From assembly GCA_013239625.1 (NCBI GenBank), contig MU054323.1, positions 3,026,161-3,090,160 on the forward strand: 64,000 nt of DNA. The letters are read 5' to 3'. Numbering within the stretch: position 1 is the stretch's first letter; every line of letters begins with the position of its first letter. This DNA is from Lama guanicoe. Taxonomy: Eukaryota. Position numbers and translations under genes: made by a program. The notes below the pieces were generated by a model. The model saw only the letters and a program-made list of their open reading frames with translations, had not been told where the DNA came from and ran no database searches. This document shows, one piece after another, positions 1-12,169 of the stretch.

Positions 1-399
1 CGTGTCAAGACACCAGCATCACCGTCCACTGCAGCGTGAGACATCTCTCTGTGCGGAAGGGACTGATACTCCTGCCACCGCCTTCTCCTCCCTGCCTTTG
101 CCCCATGATGCTCTCCTCCCACAGCGACCCTCTGGAAGGGCCTGAAGAAGGGAGAGCAAATCACTGTAATTCTAACTCTTGGGAGAAACACAGAAGGGAA
201 AAAGTCAGGGATGAGAAGAGATGATGGAATGGGAAGAAACTGATGCCAAGAAAACTCAGCAGTGAGACCCACAGCTGAGTGGGCCACCCATATGTTTTTA
301 TCGACAATCATCAAAAAAAAGAATCTGTTTACTGTCCTTCAACATGCACAGCATTTAAGAGTCACAAGTGTTCACGAGCTCATGTTGAGCTCAGCACCC

Positions 400-545
400 G
401 ACTTTTGGGGTCGGGAGGGTCATGATGATTAATCCCACCATGTAGATGGCAAATTTAAGGTGCAGAAAGGTTAAGCGATGTACCAGGTCCACCACTGATA
501 AGAATGGAGTTCACACTTAAACCCAATTCTGTCTTAGTCCAGGTT
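400..545 (-). mobile_element. MIR SINE fragment
   Basis: ATTAATCCCACCATGTAGATGGCAAATTTAAGGTGCAGAAAGGTTAAG resembles the reverse-strand MIR core (CCCATTTTACAGATGAGGAAACTGAGG). Confidence 0.65.
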
Positions 546-2991
546 TTATTTACTTAACCAACACTCTCACAGTCGTTACTACGGTCCAGGTGTTGTTCTG
601 TTCTCTCATTTAATCCTTCTCGTGGCCCTGGGCTCCCCTCTTTGCTCCACTGGCACCTCCTTCAACCCCCTCGCCCTGTCTCCTTCCTGCACCACAAATG
701 TCCTGACGGGCATCTTACGCCCAGTGACCATTCCCTGATTTACTGCACAGCCTCCCTGGGAACCAGGTGCAGGTCAGGGGGACTCTGTATGTCCCAGTTG
801 GGCTTCCGAAGTCTATTTCACCTACTGGAGCAAGTGTGTATTCTGAACACCCTCCGTGGGCCAGGCCTGGGGCCGGGGACCGTGGATCCCAAGTCTCAGA
901 CCCACCCTCTCTCCCCCACGACCTCGCCCAGTTCACACCCACATGCCATCTGAATGCCAGCAACCCAGTGAGCCAAGCTGGAACTTCGTGGGAGGGAAAC
1001 GTGGGGAAGTTCAGGATGCTGGCAGAGCCTGACAGGGAAGAGGGGGGATTCTGAGGTCAAACACAAGACAGGCTCAAAGGATTACATCCAGTACCTTGGT
1101 TGGCAGAAAATTGAGGTACCCACCAGACAAGGAAGTAGTTTGGGCATTTGTGATGGCATTTCTTGTTCACACCACAAGATGTAAACATCCATTCGGCAAG
1201 ACAGACAACCTCTCACCACATTTGGAAGAGTTCTTTTCACTGAATCCCATTGGCTTTTAAAACTTTTTAAAACACATTATGACTTTCCAGCTCCTTTAAA
1301 AGAGGTTAATGCAGATGGGCGCACAGACAGGACAATGGTGTCTCTCCTGTAACAGCAGAGCAAGGAAACTTCTACAGGGACTCCTGCCCACCTGCGGGGG
1401 CTGAACTCCCCTTCTGCCAGGGCTCTGTCAATTCCCCTTCCCCCTTTAAAGCTTCCTTGGAAAAGCTAACACTAAGCCAGGCACTGGGATGGCAGAGTTA
1501 GTGATGGCTACCAGGCTAGGGCCAGCCAATCTTTGGCAGGCGCAGGGTGCACGCTCGTTTGGAGGGCAGCCCCCCTCCAATCTGATCCTAGGACTCGGCT
1601 CACCATAGACACAGCACTGAGTGAGCCTCACGGTCCCCCAAGCTTCCTTGGTTCAAAGAAATACAATCTCTCTTGCTCCAGGAGAACTCTCCGCTCAAAC
1701 AGGGGGAGAGTTCGGTCATGGGTGGGGGAAGCTCGCCAGGCTTCATTTCTTCCCCACAGCCCCCACCCCCCAGATAGCCACCGTCTCCCAGGGAAGCCCA
1801 CATGGAGGGGCTGGACCTTTCGAAAGGACTCTCAGGCTGTGCAGAGTCTGAGAAACATTCTGCTACTCTTCTGGCTCTGCCATAATCCCTTTCTGATTTC
1901 TCCAGCTGCTGGAGATGGGAGTATAATGATTACCCCCACCCCAGCAGCCAGGCCCTAGGGCACAATGGTCACAATCACTCTCCAAGCACTTCTGCCTTAG
2001 AGAGCTAAATTTTTAAAAAGTAAAAAATCATGTAGAGAAAGTACTCATCTGCAAATACACTATCACCCACTCCCACGGGTGGGCATTTGCATGGCTGTGG
2101 ATTACCCACAGGCTTGTGAAGGACCCCGGAGCTGCCCTGTCCTGGCATCATCAGGGGAAGGGTAGAAGGTGAGTCTGGTTAGTCTCAGAAGGCTGTTCCT
2201 TTCTCTGGAGCCTCCCTCCGGGGTGACTGGAGAGCAGGTTCCTGGGAATGGAGGACCACACCCCTCGGGAAGAAGCAGCAGGAGCACCACGGGGGATGCT
2301 CCAGGGCGGGGCACCTTCTCACTGCAGGGGAGGAAGGGAGGGCTGGTGTCTGTGCAAACCGGGCCTCAGATATGCTGCCTGCTGGGACACTGATGTGATT
2401 TCTGAAGCACAAGAGAGGCTACAAGACTCCGCCACACCCACCAGCATTGATGATGGAGAATTCCCCAAAGAGGACTGTGGCTTCCTGCTGCCGGGAAAGA
2501 GGCAAGACAACTTACGCTTTTCCTAAAAGAGTGAGTGGCTTCTCAGATTCTCAGAAAGCAGATTTTATTCATTAGGAAGTGGAAAACTCCAGAATAATGT
2601 CAAAGAGGACCATAAAGTAGACAAAAGAAAAGTCGGGACAATCTCTTTACCCATGGGATGTCCAGTGTGATCTGGAAGTGGAGGCTGGAATGGGGGACAG
2701 AGTGGGTCTCTGTCCCAAGGACAGTCTCTGGCATTTTGTAGGCAAGTCACAGAGATCCAGTGCAAGCTAGCTCTAATTGAGAAATGATAGGACAGCAGAA
2801 TTTTAAGGATTTCTTGAAAACCCTAATGCCTCCTTCTATTGGCCCCCTACTTAGACATGAAATTAGCAATACAGTTCTTCAAGACAGGACAAGACTGGGC
2901 CCCAAACCCAAAAACACTACCCCAAATTGGCACCCAGTGGTATTATTCCCAAACTCCCAGTGTCCCAAACTTCGGAATTAAAAGTCACTGA

Positions 2992-3373
2992 CTATTTGGT
3001 TATAAAAAATTAAACAAAGTACTGATATATGCTATAATGTGGATGGATCTTGAAAACATGGTAAGTAAGCCAGTAACAAAAGACCTCACATTACATGATT
3101 CCATTTATATGAAATGTCCAGAACAGTAAAATCTGTTGAGACAGAAAGTAAATTAGTGGTTGTCGAGAGCTGGGGTTTGGGGTGGAGAGAACGGAGAGTA
3201 ACTGTTAATAGATACAGGGTTTCATTTGGAGAGGGTGACCATGTCCTAAAATTAGATTATGGTTGCATAACCCTGTGACTACACTAAAAAATATGGTAGT
3301 AAACAATTTAGACAGATGACTTGTATGGTATATGAATTATATCTCAATAAAACTATTAAATTTTTTAAAAGAT
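2992..3373 (+). mobile_element. 5'-truncated L1 3' end (L1MB-like) with target-site duplication
   Basis: Typical L1MB 3'UTR motifs (ATGATTCCATTTATATGAAATGTCCAGAA; GAATTATATCTCAATAAA); flanked by identical AAAAGTCACTGA at 2980-2991 and 3374-3385. Confidence 0.9.
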
Positions 3374-4375
3374 AAAAGTCACTGATAATACCATTTCACA
3401 TTAAGTGTTTTCTGCTGCTTTTATTTGGCCAATAATTTCCTCTTGGTGTTTAACTGTCTTAAACAGCTTGTATCAGAGCTTGAGAGAGGCACCGGAGAGA
3501 AGAGACCCAGCTCTGACCAGCTCTGCCACCCTGGGGGCCACGTGCCTCCTGGGCCTTCCCCTCCACTAAGCCTGCTCCTGTTGGGCCACCCAACCAGGAC
3601 TTCACTGTCTTCATTTCACTTGATGCTTCTGTAAGACTTGTCACATTACTCCTTCCCGAATAACAAGTGAATAAATAAACAAATGGACCGGCTACATCCC
3701 ACCCTTATGAGATGGAGTCTCTACGTCTCTGCTCCTCAGACCAGCATTTCATTTTCCGAACCCGTGTGGGCCACATTCAGCTTCCTCCCAAGCCCCAGAG
3801 GCGGGGCGAGCTCCAGGGCTGGACTGAGCCTTCCCGTCCGAGTTCCATGCTTGGCTGGGAGCCTAATCAAAGCTCCGAGTGTCGCACACACTAATAATTA
3901 GCATCTTGGAAAAAACTCTTCCCCGGGCCTCCTTCCTAATCTCTGGGATGTTCTGAGCATTCAGCTGGTAACGCTGAATACCAAACGGTCAACTGGGGTT
4001 TTAAAAACAAAGTGATGATGACAATATGTTCTCTTCACAGCTTCCCACCTCCCGACTCCCCCCACCCCACCTCCTTGAGCAGCCGCTGAATTGCAAGACC
4101 CTCTAAATTCCCAACTCCCAGGAGAACAGGTCTTCCCTCCACATGCATTCTATGTGGGAAAAGGAAATCACAAGTTTTTCTAAATCTCGGGGGCAAGCTT
4201 ATTTTTAAATCGCCTTATTCTCTGAGGCAGGAGACACAGAGATAGCCTGAGGCTGAAGAAAACAGCCGGGACCTGGAAGAAACACTACAGACAGAATTTT
4301 AATTAATTTTAAGCCAAAGTCCAAATTGTTCCGTTTTATTCTGTGCTGATAATTAACTTTTCCTGTGCTTCCCCT

Positions 4376-4389
4376 GTTGCCATGATAAC
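4376..4389. promoter_or_regulatory. RFX X-box motif inside a homeodomain-site-rich unique segment
   Basis: GTTGCCATGATAAC is close to the RFX palindrome GTTGCCATGGYAAC; TAATTA sites nearby at ~3896, ~4300 and ~4350. Confidence 0.5.
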
Positions 4390-4629
4390 CCATCAACAAA
4401 CAAGTGCTGTGGGAGGAATTGTTGGGCTCTGGGGCAGAGGCTGGGCCTTGAGGCCCAGGCGAGCCGGTCCTCCTGCCCCACCAGCCTGTCTGTCACACCT
4501 GCACCTGCTCCCTGGGCACCTGAGTCATGGACTCAGACAGCAGCTTCCTGCCTGGGTTCTGGACACTCCCTCTGTGCCCCCCAGGCCTGGGTACTGAACC
4601 CTCTCCCCGACTAGTGTGGTCATGCCCTC

Positions 4630-4920
4630 AGATCTTCACTGACCCTCAGTCTCTGTTCTAGTCACTCATCCTCAGAGAGGCCTCCCTGGCCATCCTCTAG
4701 ACGCGTCTAGTCCACCTGCCCAACCACTGGGCTGTCTCTACTTAGCATCTCCTGTTTTCCTTGCTGCAATCATCACTATCTGAAATGATCTTGCTTCTTT
4801 GTTTGCTTACCTGTTGTTAATCCCTTCTGGTGTTTCAGTGAATGGACTCTTCAGTTTAACCCAGTACCATATCCAGTACCAGCATCTAATTGTATTGAAT
4901 GTGTGAATTAATGATTGCAC
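4630..4920 (+). mobile_element. L2 LINE 3' fragment
   Basis: CCTCAGAGAGGCCTCCCTGGCCATC...ATCACTATCTGAAATGATCTTGCTT and a TGAATG-like tail, typical of L2 3' ends. Confidence 0.65.
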
Positions 4921-5121
4921 TAAAGAGAATGAAGGCCCCAGGAACAGGACTCTGGCCTGCCCACGGCACACAGAGCACTGGACAGTAAGGCACAAACCCA
5001 GAGTCACTGCTGCAGCGACACCAAGGAGCGGGGTAGGGCTCTGTGCGCCCCTGCCCTCAGCCTGCCCCTTCTGGCCCCAAATCATATCTTTGTTTGGTGC
5101 CTGTTGAGTGCCACCCCTGAC

Positions 5122-5634
5122 CTGCACCATCCAGTCCAGTCACCAGCCACGTGCGGCTAGGAAGCCCCTGAATCGTGGCTGCTGTGACTGAGGAGCTAGA
5201 CTTCGAATTTTATTTTATTTTTAAAAATCAAGATTTAAAAATTGATACTTAAGTTAGTTATCAGAAAACTTTTAATTATATTTGGAACAATCTGGGTATG
5301 TGAATCTACTTTTTCAACGCTCAATTTTATGAACTTTAAATACAGATCAGACATTGCCAAGAAAAACTTTGTATCTGAATTGAAAAGTGCTCTAAGTGTA
5401 AAATACACACTGGATTTTGAAGGCTGAGTACAAAAAAAAAAAAGGATGTAAAATATCTAGTTAATGTTTTTATACGGATTACATGTCGACATGATAATAT
5501 TTTGGATATACTGGGTTAAATAAAATATATTATTAAAATTAATTTCACCAGCTTCTTTTTACTTTTTGATGGGGCTACTAGAAAAATTTTAATTATATAT
5601 GTGGCTCACATTATATTTCTATTGGACAGGGCTG
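5122..5634. mobile_element. hAT-Charlie non-autonomous DNA transposon (Charlie1/MER33 family)
   Basis: AGCCACGTGCGGCTA near the start, AT-rich body with GTGTAAAATACACACTGGATTTTGAAG, terminus ATATTTCTATTGGACAGGGCTG matching the Charlie1/MER33 TIR. Confidence 0.85.
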
Positions 5635-7020
5635 CTGTCCAATAGAACTGAACTTCTGACTTAAAAATAGGCCCAGTTTGAGACTTAGCAGGAGCAAAAC
5701 TGCAGAACTGTTAGAGAAAAGAGCATTGCATTCATCAAGTTTGTCTCTGGGATAGTGGAGAGAAAGCCAGGGACGCTAAGGGCACTGGGACATCCTTGGT
5801 CCCACAACCACACCACGGACACAACCCACACTGGCAAACAGATCAGAAGATTCAAGTTCAAAGCTCCGAGACCCTTGGGGTCAGGTCAAGAGTCTGCCCC
5901 ACTGTCTCCCACAATCATACTGTTTCGTTTCTTCTCCTAGAAAGAAGTATTTTCCCCCGCTGCAAGATGACATGTAGTATGTTTTATTTAGGTTAAAAGG
6001 AACTCTCAAATTAATCTAGCTATACAAAAGAAAGACAGGCTTCCACCTACAGCCAAGAGTTCTGTGGAGGATGTTTGACCCTTTTACTAAAAGCACTGTG
6101 TAAAGCCAGTGGAAAAGAAAACCAGACTTGTGAGACAGAGCCCAGCCTCGATGGGGACACTTGGTCAGCACCTCCTCCCACGTCACTGGTGGGTGACATT
6201 CCTCCCACTCTTACTGGCTCAGGGCTTCTGGGACTTGAGAGGAAGAAGCCACCAACCCCTTAGGAATATCCGATACTTTCATTAGTCAAAGAGAAAAGAG
6301 TTAAAAAGAAAGAGAAAGAGGAAGCCGAATTACTACACAAACCCGTTGAAGCTCCTATTTATATGAAGCTCCGATTGTACCACGAAGCTCCAAAAATAAC
6401 GAGCCGTGCAGAAGAAAAAGCAAGCAAACAAAAACCGAAAGGGACATTCTTATGGAAAGGACTAGAAAAGAGGCTTGAGAGGCAAGAGAGGTCCAGAATC
6501 TGGGAAACCGTTTATGATATCTCTCAGACAACAAATTTTGCTGCGGAAAAATCCCTGGTAAGCAAATCATAGCCCCTTGTTTTGAGATGTTGATGCTTTA
6601 AAGGGAGTTAAGCTTCACTCAGCAGGCAAAGAGTGAACAGACATCAACGGGTCCATTAATGAGCCTGTCTTTGTGGAATGAATGAACAGGTTCACCTGCA
6701 GTTTGGACCTCCTCACCACTGCTTTCTCATTCCCACTTCTGGACAAAAAAAAAAAAAAGGTAATGGATGAATGAAAGCTCTCCTTCAGCCTGGGAAAGTT
6801 TGCTTTCCAGGCATCAGCAAGTCTGGGCCCCCACAAAAACGTGGGAAGTTCAACAGTGCAGTGGGAGGCCTTCTTATGGGAGGGAGAGATCCTGGGGAAG
6901 GCACCTGGCCCGCGTCTGGGTGAGGAGGGTGCCCTCAACTCAGAAGATTGCCAGGAACCAACTTGGGGGAATGAAGCCACTTTTGCAGGGGCCCGGCATT
7001 GCTCTTTGCAAATTGGTATC

Positions 7021-7499
7021 TGTGGTAGACAAAATAATAGCTTCCTGACGATGCCCACATCCCAATTCCTGGAAACTGTTCCCATGTTACACTGTGTGGC
7101 AAAGAGGCACTGAGGTAGCAGATAGATTAATCAACTGACCTTAAAACAGGGAGAGTAGGCTGGATTATCCGGTGGGCCCAATGTGATCACAAGCATCCTT
7201 GAACATGGAACAGGGAGGCAGAAGAGTCAGTGTCAGAGTGACACTGTGTGACGCCTCCCTTGGCCACTGCCAGGATGAGCCAAAGGACCTGGGCAGCCTC
7301 TACAAACCAAAGAAGGCAAGGAAACGGATCCTCCCCTGGGGTCTCCCAAAGGAACACAGCCCTGCCAACCCCTTGATTTTAGCCAGTAAGACTCATCTTG
7401 GACTTCCATCCTCCACAATTGTAAGGTAACAAAATCTGTGTTATTTTCAGCCACTAAGTTGGTGGTTATTTGTCACAGCAGCAACAGGAAACTAATACA
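7021..7499 (+). mobile_element. MaLR solo LTR (MLT1D-like)
   Basis: TG...CA ends; GGATTATCCGGTGGGCCCAATGTGATCACAAG; GGAACACAGCCCTGCCAAC; end TTTGTCACAGCAGCAACAGGAAACTAATACA. Confidence 0.9.
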
Positions 7500-7859
7500 C
7501 CTTTCCTTTCTATGAAGGAAATGCCCACCTTCCTCCTTGAGCAGATTATGGAAGATGAGGAAGGGTTTCTCTGCATGAAGCAAAACCTGCATGAATTTCT
7601 TTTGAGGGGCCTGTCCTCTCCCTCCCCCTGGAGTCTTACTGCTGGAAGCCAGTAAGCCTGCATGGCCCCAGCCCTAACCATTCAGCTTTACACCCATGTC
7701 TTCCTATGTCTCTCGTTTCAAACTTACCTCCACCTGTGAAGCCAGGGGAGAGGGGAGCATTATGGTCAAAGAGAAAAAAGACACCAGTTCCACTCTCTCT
7801 ACTGCAGTGGTGTAGGCCAGGAGCCAGCCTTTTGCAATGGGTCCCTGAGAACACTCATG

Positions 7860-7995
7860 CCCCTCCTTGGTTCTACAGATGAGGCCACAAGGCCCAGAAA
7901 TGGCAGGAACTTCTTCAAGGTCACACAGCCAGTAAATGGCAGGGCTGGGTTAGAACCCAGGGCTTCTGACTCCCAGGCCAGGGCTCTGCATTCCC
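7860..7995 (-). mobile_element. MIR SINE
   Basis: TTCTACAGATGAGG...CAAGGTCACACAGCCAGTAAATGGCAGGGCTGGGTTAGAACCCAGG. Confidence 0.85.
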
Positions 7996-8188
7996 CTGTC
8001 CTGTTTTCAAGCATTCTTCAAACCATAGATTTCTGGAATCTTCTGAGCCCCACACCAGGCAGCAGCTCACAAGGATAATGTTCCCCTTGCCCCTCCCGTC
8101 TCCTCCTTTACCTGTTCATCCGTCCCCTAGGGCTCCCTCTCCAGCTCTCAGGCCCTCGCCCCACAGTTCAGGAGCCTGACTGTCTTGG

Positions 8189-8205
8189 CTCCAGCAGGCG
8201 GCACA
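8189..8205 (+). promoter_or_regulatory. CTCF-like motif
   Basis: CCAGCAGGCGGCAC differs at one position from the CTCF core CCAGCAGGGGGCAC; motif match only. Confidence 0.35.
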
Positions 8206-9385
8206 AAAGACTTAGGACACATTTGCTCCCAGCAGGAAAGAGCTGTTGTGACCACAGCCTTCAAGAGAGCTGTTTGCCGGCCTCCTGAATCCCACCTCGC
8301 AGCTGGTCCAGCAGAGAGTCCTTAAACCCTTAGCGCCCTAGCGCCCTGACCCCCACCAGGCAAGCCCTGCGTCACCTCCCACGCTCCGCCACCTCCCAGC
8401 AGCAGTGAATTTCCCTGAAACATCATCAGATCATCAGAGGCCATGGGAGGCCCATCCTGTACAGGGGCAGATGGAAGATTCCAGTCTGTAGCCTGAGCTG
8501 GGGAGCAAAGCTCATTCTTTTCCAAAACTAAACCCGCCCTAGGGCAAGTGGGGTAGGAATCCTTTAAAGCTACCCACACTTGCCTCAGGCAGGACCACTT
8601 CCTCCATCTCCAGGCCTTCCCCCTGCCAGCCTCTTGCCTGTGTCCTTTGTGTCCAGAGCTGAAGGTTTGACCTTGGCCACTGTTGCCCGATGTTCCTCAG
8701 AGGTATTCAAGCTATTTGCATCTGGCCTTCCCTTTGCCTCGCTCCCCACCAAGGCTGCTCCCCCTTCCTCATAATTATGCAGTAACCAACAACAGTGCTA
8801 ACCGAAATTGGGGCGGCTACTTGCCTCTAAAAGTCCATAATTAGCCCCACGGGAACAACAAATACTTGCACAGCTCCCCCCTCCCCTCACTGCCGCTGGA
8901 AGCAGGCCGCGTCTCGGAGCCCAGCTCTGTGGGTCCAATCTGGAATGCATATGTTTCCCTTCCATCATTCACTCCATCAAACGCAGGGCAAGCCCGAGGG
9001 GGTGGGGAGGCCGCTCAGCTTCTCTGAAAGTCTCCGTGAGGCTGAGCGTCCTCGTTATAAAGGGATGTTGTGTTCACAGGTAACCAACAGCCCCCTGCGC
9101 ATCTGGGAACACTTTGAGTGATTGCTGGGAAGAGAAGAAATTTGGGTCATAACTAATGATCAACATCCCCTTTTAATCAGATGAAGCCGTCATAATGTGT
9201 CTATCCTCCAGGGGAACAAGGCCCTTTCACCTCCCGGAGGTCTGCGGTAGCGTTAACCTCCTCGGGTAGAACTCTTGCCTAGGTAGGAGGGAAGAGGGGG
9301 AGCTGTCAGATACTGAGCGCCTACTGTGTGCAGCCCCTTCGCTAAGCAGCCTCCCACGCGCTCTCTCCCTGGGCCTGTATCAGAT

Positions 9386-9560
9386 CAGTGGTCCTTGGCC
9401 TTGAATCACCTGGAGGGCTCACCAGAGTCCAGGGAGCAGGCCTCACCCCTGATTTTAGATTCAGGAGGTTGGGGATTGGAGCCTGACTATCTGCACATCA
9501 GACAGGTTCCCACATGATGCTGGTGCTGCCAGCTTGGGGACCACACATTGAGAACCAGTG
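9386..9560. mobile_element. MER5A-like hAT-Charlie MITE
   Basis: CAGTGGT...GAATCACCTGGAGGGCT...GATGCTGGTGCTGC...GGGGACCACACATTGAGAACCAGTG with imperfect terminal inverted repeats. Confidence 0.85.
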
Positions 9561-9599
9561 TTAGTGGATAAAAATGCCTGTTTATTGTCTTCTGTGCAA

Positions 9600-9790
9600 A
9601 AATCCCTTTACAAATACCATGTAATTAAATCCTCATAAAACCCTATGAAGTATGTGTTGTTGCCCCCATTTCACAGAAGAAGAAACTGAGGATCAAAGAA
9701 AGGAGAGTACTTGTCTAAGACCCTGTGATCACACTGCTAGGGTGAAAGAGCTACAATTTAGAGCCCAGGTCCATCCGTTTAATGTCTGGC
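9600..9790 (-). mobile_element. MIR SINE
   Basis: AATCCTCATAAAACCCTATGAAG...CCCCATTTCACAGAAGAAGAAACTGAGG. Confidence 0.8.
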
Positions 9791-10494
9791 CCTGTGGCAG
9801 GACCTGCCACTGAGGCAAGAGAGCTTTGAAGTACCAGAAGTGGTTCAGAGAGACAAGCTCATCTCCCCTGAGGGGATGGGGGAGACTGTGGTCCTGGCAT
9901 ACCCTCACCATGCAGTCTGGATTTCGGGGCCTTTTGCCCACATCTGTGCCTGGCCTGCTTTACCATCTGTGGGTAGAATATTGCTGCAGCTCTGAATCCT
10001 TCAAGAAACACCTCTTGGTCTTCCCTCTGATCCTCCCCATCCCAGCAACAGGCTGCCCCTCCCTGACCTCCTCACTTAGTTGCCTGTCTTCTCCTGCCCT
10101 CGCTCTGCTTACACCGGTGCATCTCCACCTCTCCCCAGCTCCTCCCAGTGCCATTTCTCTTCCTTATCCACTTCAGGATGGGGCTTCCCTAATCTGATTC
10201 CCAGGATGCACCCAGTGCTCTACCTCAGAGTCTCCAGTAAATGGCCTTGGATTCTCTGTCATGGCCAAGCTCAGAGCTGCTTACCCAAAGCATGCACTGG
10301 CTTCTCAGCGGTGGTTTCTGAAAGAGCTGTTGTCCTCACACCTCTGTGTTCCCAGGTCCCCAGATAAGCGCCTTGGGCACATCACTCCCTACGCTTGATG
10401 CTTCTCTCCAATAAGAAGTTACGAGAGCCTGCTGAGACAAGGTGTTACGGCGGGGAGAAGGAAGGAAAATGAAAGGAGCATCACATGGAGCTCT

Positions 10495-10720
10495 TGCTGT
10501 GCCCCAGTCATTGTTCTAAGCGCATAATGTGCGATAACTCACTCCATCCTCACAACGAGCCTGTAAGGTAGGCATGTCATCATTACCACCATTTTCAGGG
10601 AGGAAACTGAGGCACAGAGAGATTATGTAACCTTCCCAAGGCTGCACAGCTAGCAAGAGACAGAGCCAAGATGTGAACTAAAGCCATCTGGCTCCAAAGC
10701 CCATGTTTGCAACCATGCTA
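10495..10720 (-). mobile_element. MIR SINE (near full length)
   Basis: CCTCACAACGAGCCTGTAAGGTAGG...CCATTTTCAGGGAGGAAACTGAGGCACAGAGAG...CTGGCTCCAAAGCCC. Confidence 0.9.
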
Positions 10721-10959
10721 TCTCAGCAGAAGGAAGGAATGGGAAAGAATGATTAATCCCCTGATCCCTGCCCTCCAAGAGGTCCCAGCCCAACCAGGGG
10801 AAGGTAAGAGCAGCAGAAAGTTGCAGCAGTACAGGAGCTGCGGCTACAGCAGTAGGGAGTAGCATACATGAACGTCAATACTGAAATCTTCACAACAACT
10901 GCCATTGGTAGGGAGGGCCTCTAGCCAGAGGGGAGAGGGATAGCATGCCGGACGGGAGT

Positions 10960-11180
10960 GCAAATCCCAGAGCCAGACTAGCTTCAGACCCCAGCTCCTT
11001 TTCATACAAGATCATATAACACGAGGCAAATCGCTCAACCTGTGGAGCCTCAGATGTCTCACCTCTGAAATAGGGCTGAAAATACTACCCACCTCCTGCA
11101 TTTCCTGTGAAGACTGAATGAGAAAACCCATGCCAAGTACTTAGTACAGTACTTGGAACACAGTAAGTTCTCCATCGATG
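10960..11180 (+). mobile_element. MIR SINE
   Basis: AGAGCCAGACT...GCCTCAGATGTCTCACCTCTGAAATAGGG...GTGAAGACTGAATGAG...ACAGTACTTGGAACACAGTAAG. Confidence 0.8.
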
Positions 11181-12169
11181 TTGTTAGGCGGGAGGGTGAC
11201 AGAGGCAGAAATGCGTTAGACCAGGCGTCTGTCTCTGAATCCTGGCATCTCGTGAGGGTGACAGGCAAGTGCAGGCAGCACATGGGCAGAAGGCAAAGCT
11301 CAGAGAGGACAGCAGACAGGCAGGCAGGGGGCAGGGGCGGACTCCTCTGCATGAAGGATCTGGGATGGCTTCAGGAGGCAGGGGGTGGGATTTGAACAGG
11401 ACCTTACAGGTGTGACACCTGCTGAGGGACCGCTGAGGTTGTTGGGATGAGGTTGTGCAGACCAGGTGCAGGTCAGTCCCACAGCTTCTCCACTGAGCCA
11501 CCCCAGCCCCCAGCCCTTTTCCTCATCATCTGCCTCCAGAGCCCCAGCCCAGCCACCAGCCCTGGTGCCAAAACAATGCTGGACTCTCCTCACCATTGAT
11601 TCCATTTCCTCCATCTCGTAAATGCTCTTCCTGCGGCCCCTCTGCAAAGCGTTGAAGCCCCTCATACAAGCCTGGTGTTCTCACAGGGCTTTTCCGAGGG
11701 CCGTGGGCAAGACTCATAGATCAGCTAGTTAAGAGGGTGTCAGCGAGGCACACTATTAACATGTTTTTTCCTGATTAAAAGAGCCAGGCCATGCTTTGGA
11801 GCCAACTTCTTCCCTACAGGGACTCCAAGGGGCCTGACTGCCATCCAGGAAGGAGAGGAGAGATATTCCAATCAGCTCTATTGACGCCAGGCCTGAGTGG
11901 CGCTGGCTCGGCCCCAGGGGCCTCGCTGCAATGTGACAGGCTCCTGGGCACTTCGCTTGGAAGCCCGTCAGCCTTCCTTCCATAAAATCAGTCATCGGCT
12001 CAAAAACTTAAGCTCAGTGTCTCTTGAGGTGTCCTGTGCAAGGCACTGTGGGAAATATTAGTTGAGTCCCCCCCCCTCCAAGAGCTGGAAGCCTATGAGC
12101 AGAGGGCCCCAGGTAAGTATAATTATTTGAATGTTGTAAGTGCCATAAGGTGGGAAAGGAACATTCTGA

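Noticed and set aside
1180..1200. TGTAAACATCC, matching the miR-30 5' end (similar partial matches at ~39890 and ~60958)
   Set aside because: The match stops after about 11 nt and no precursor hairpin is evident.
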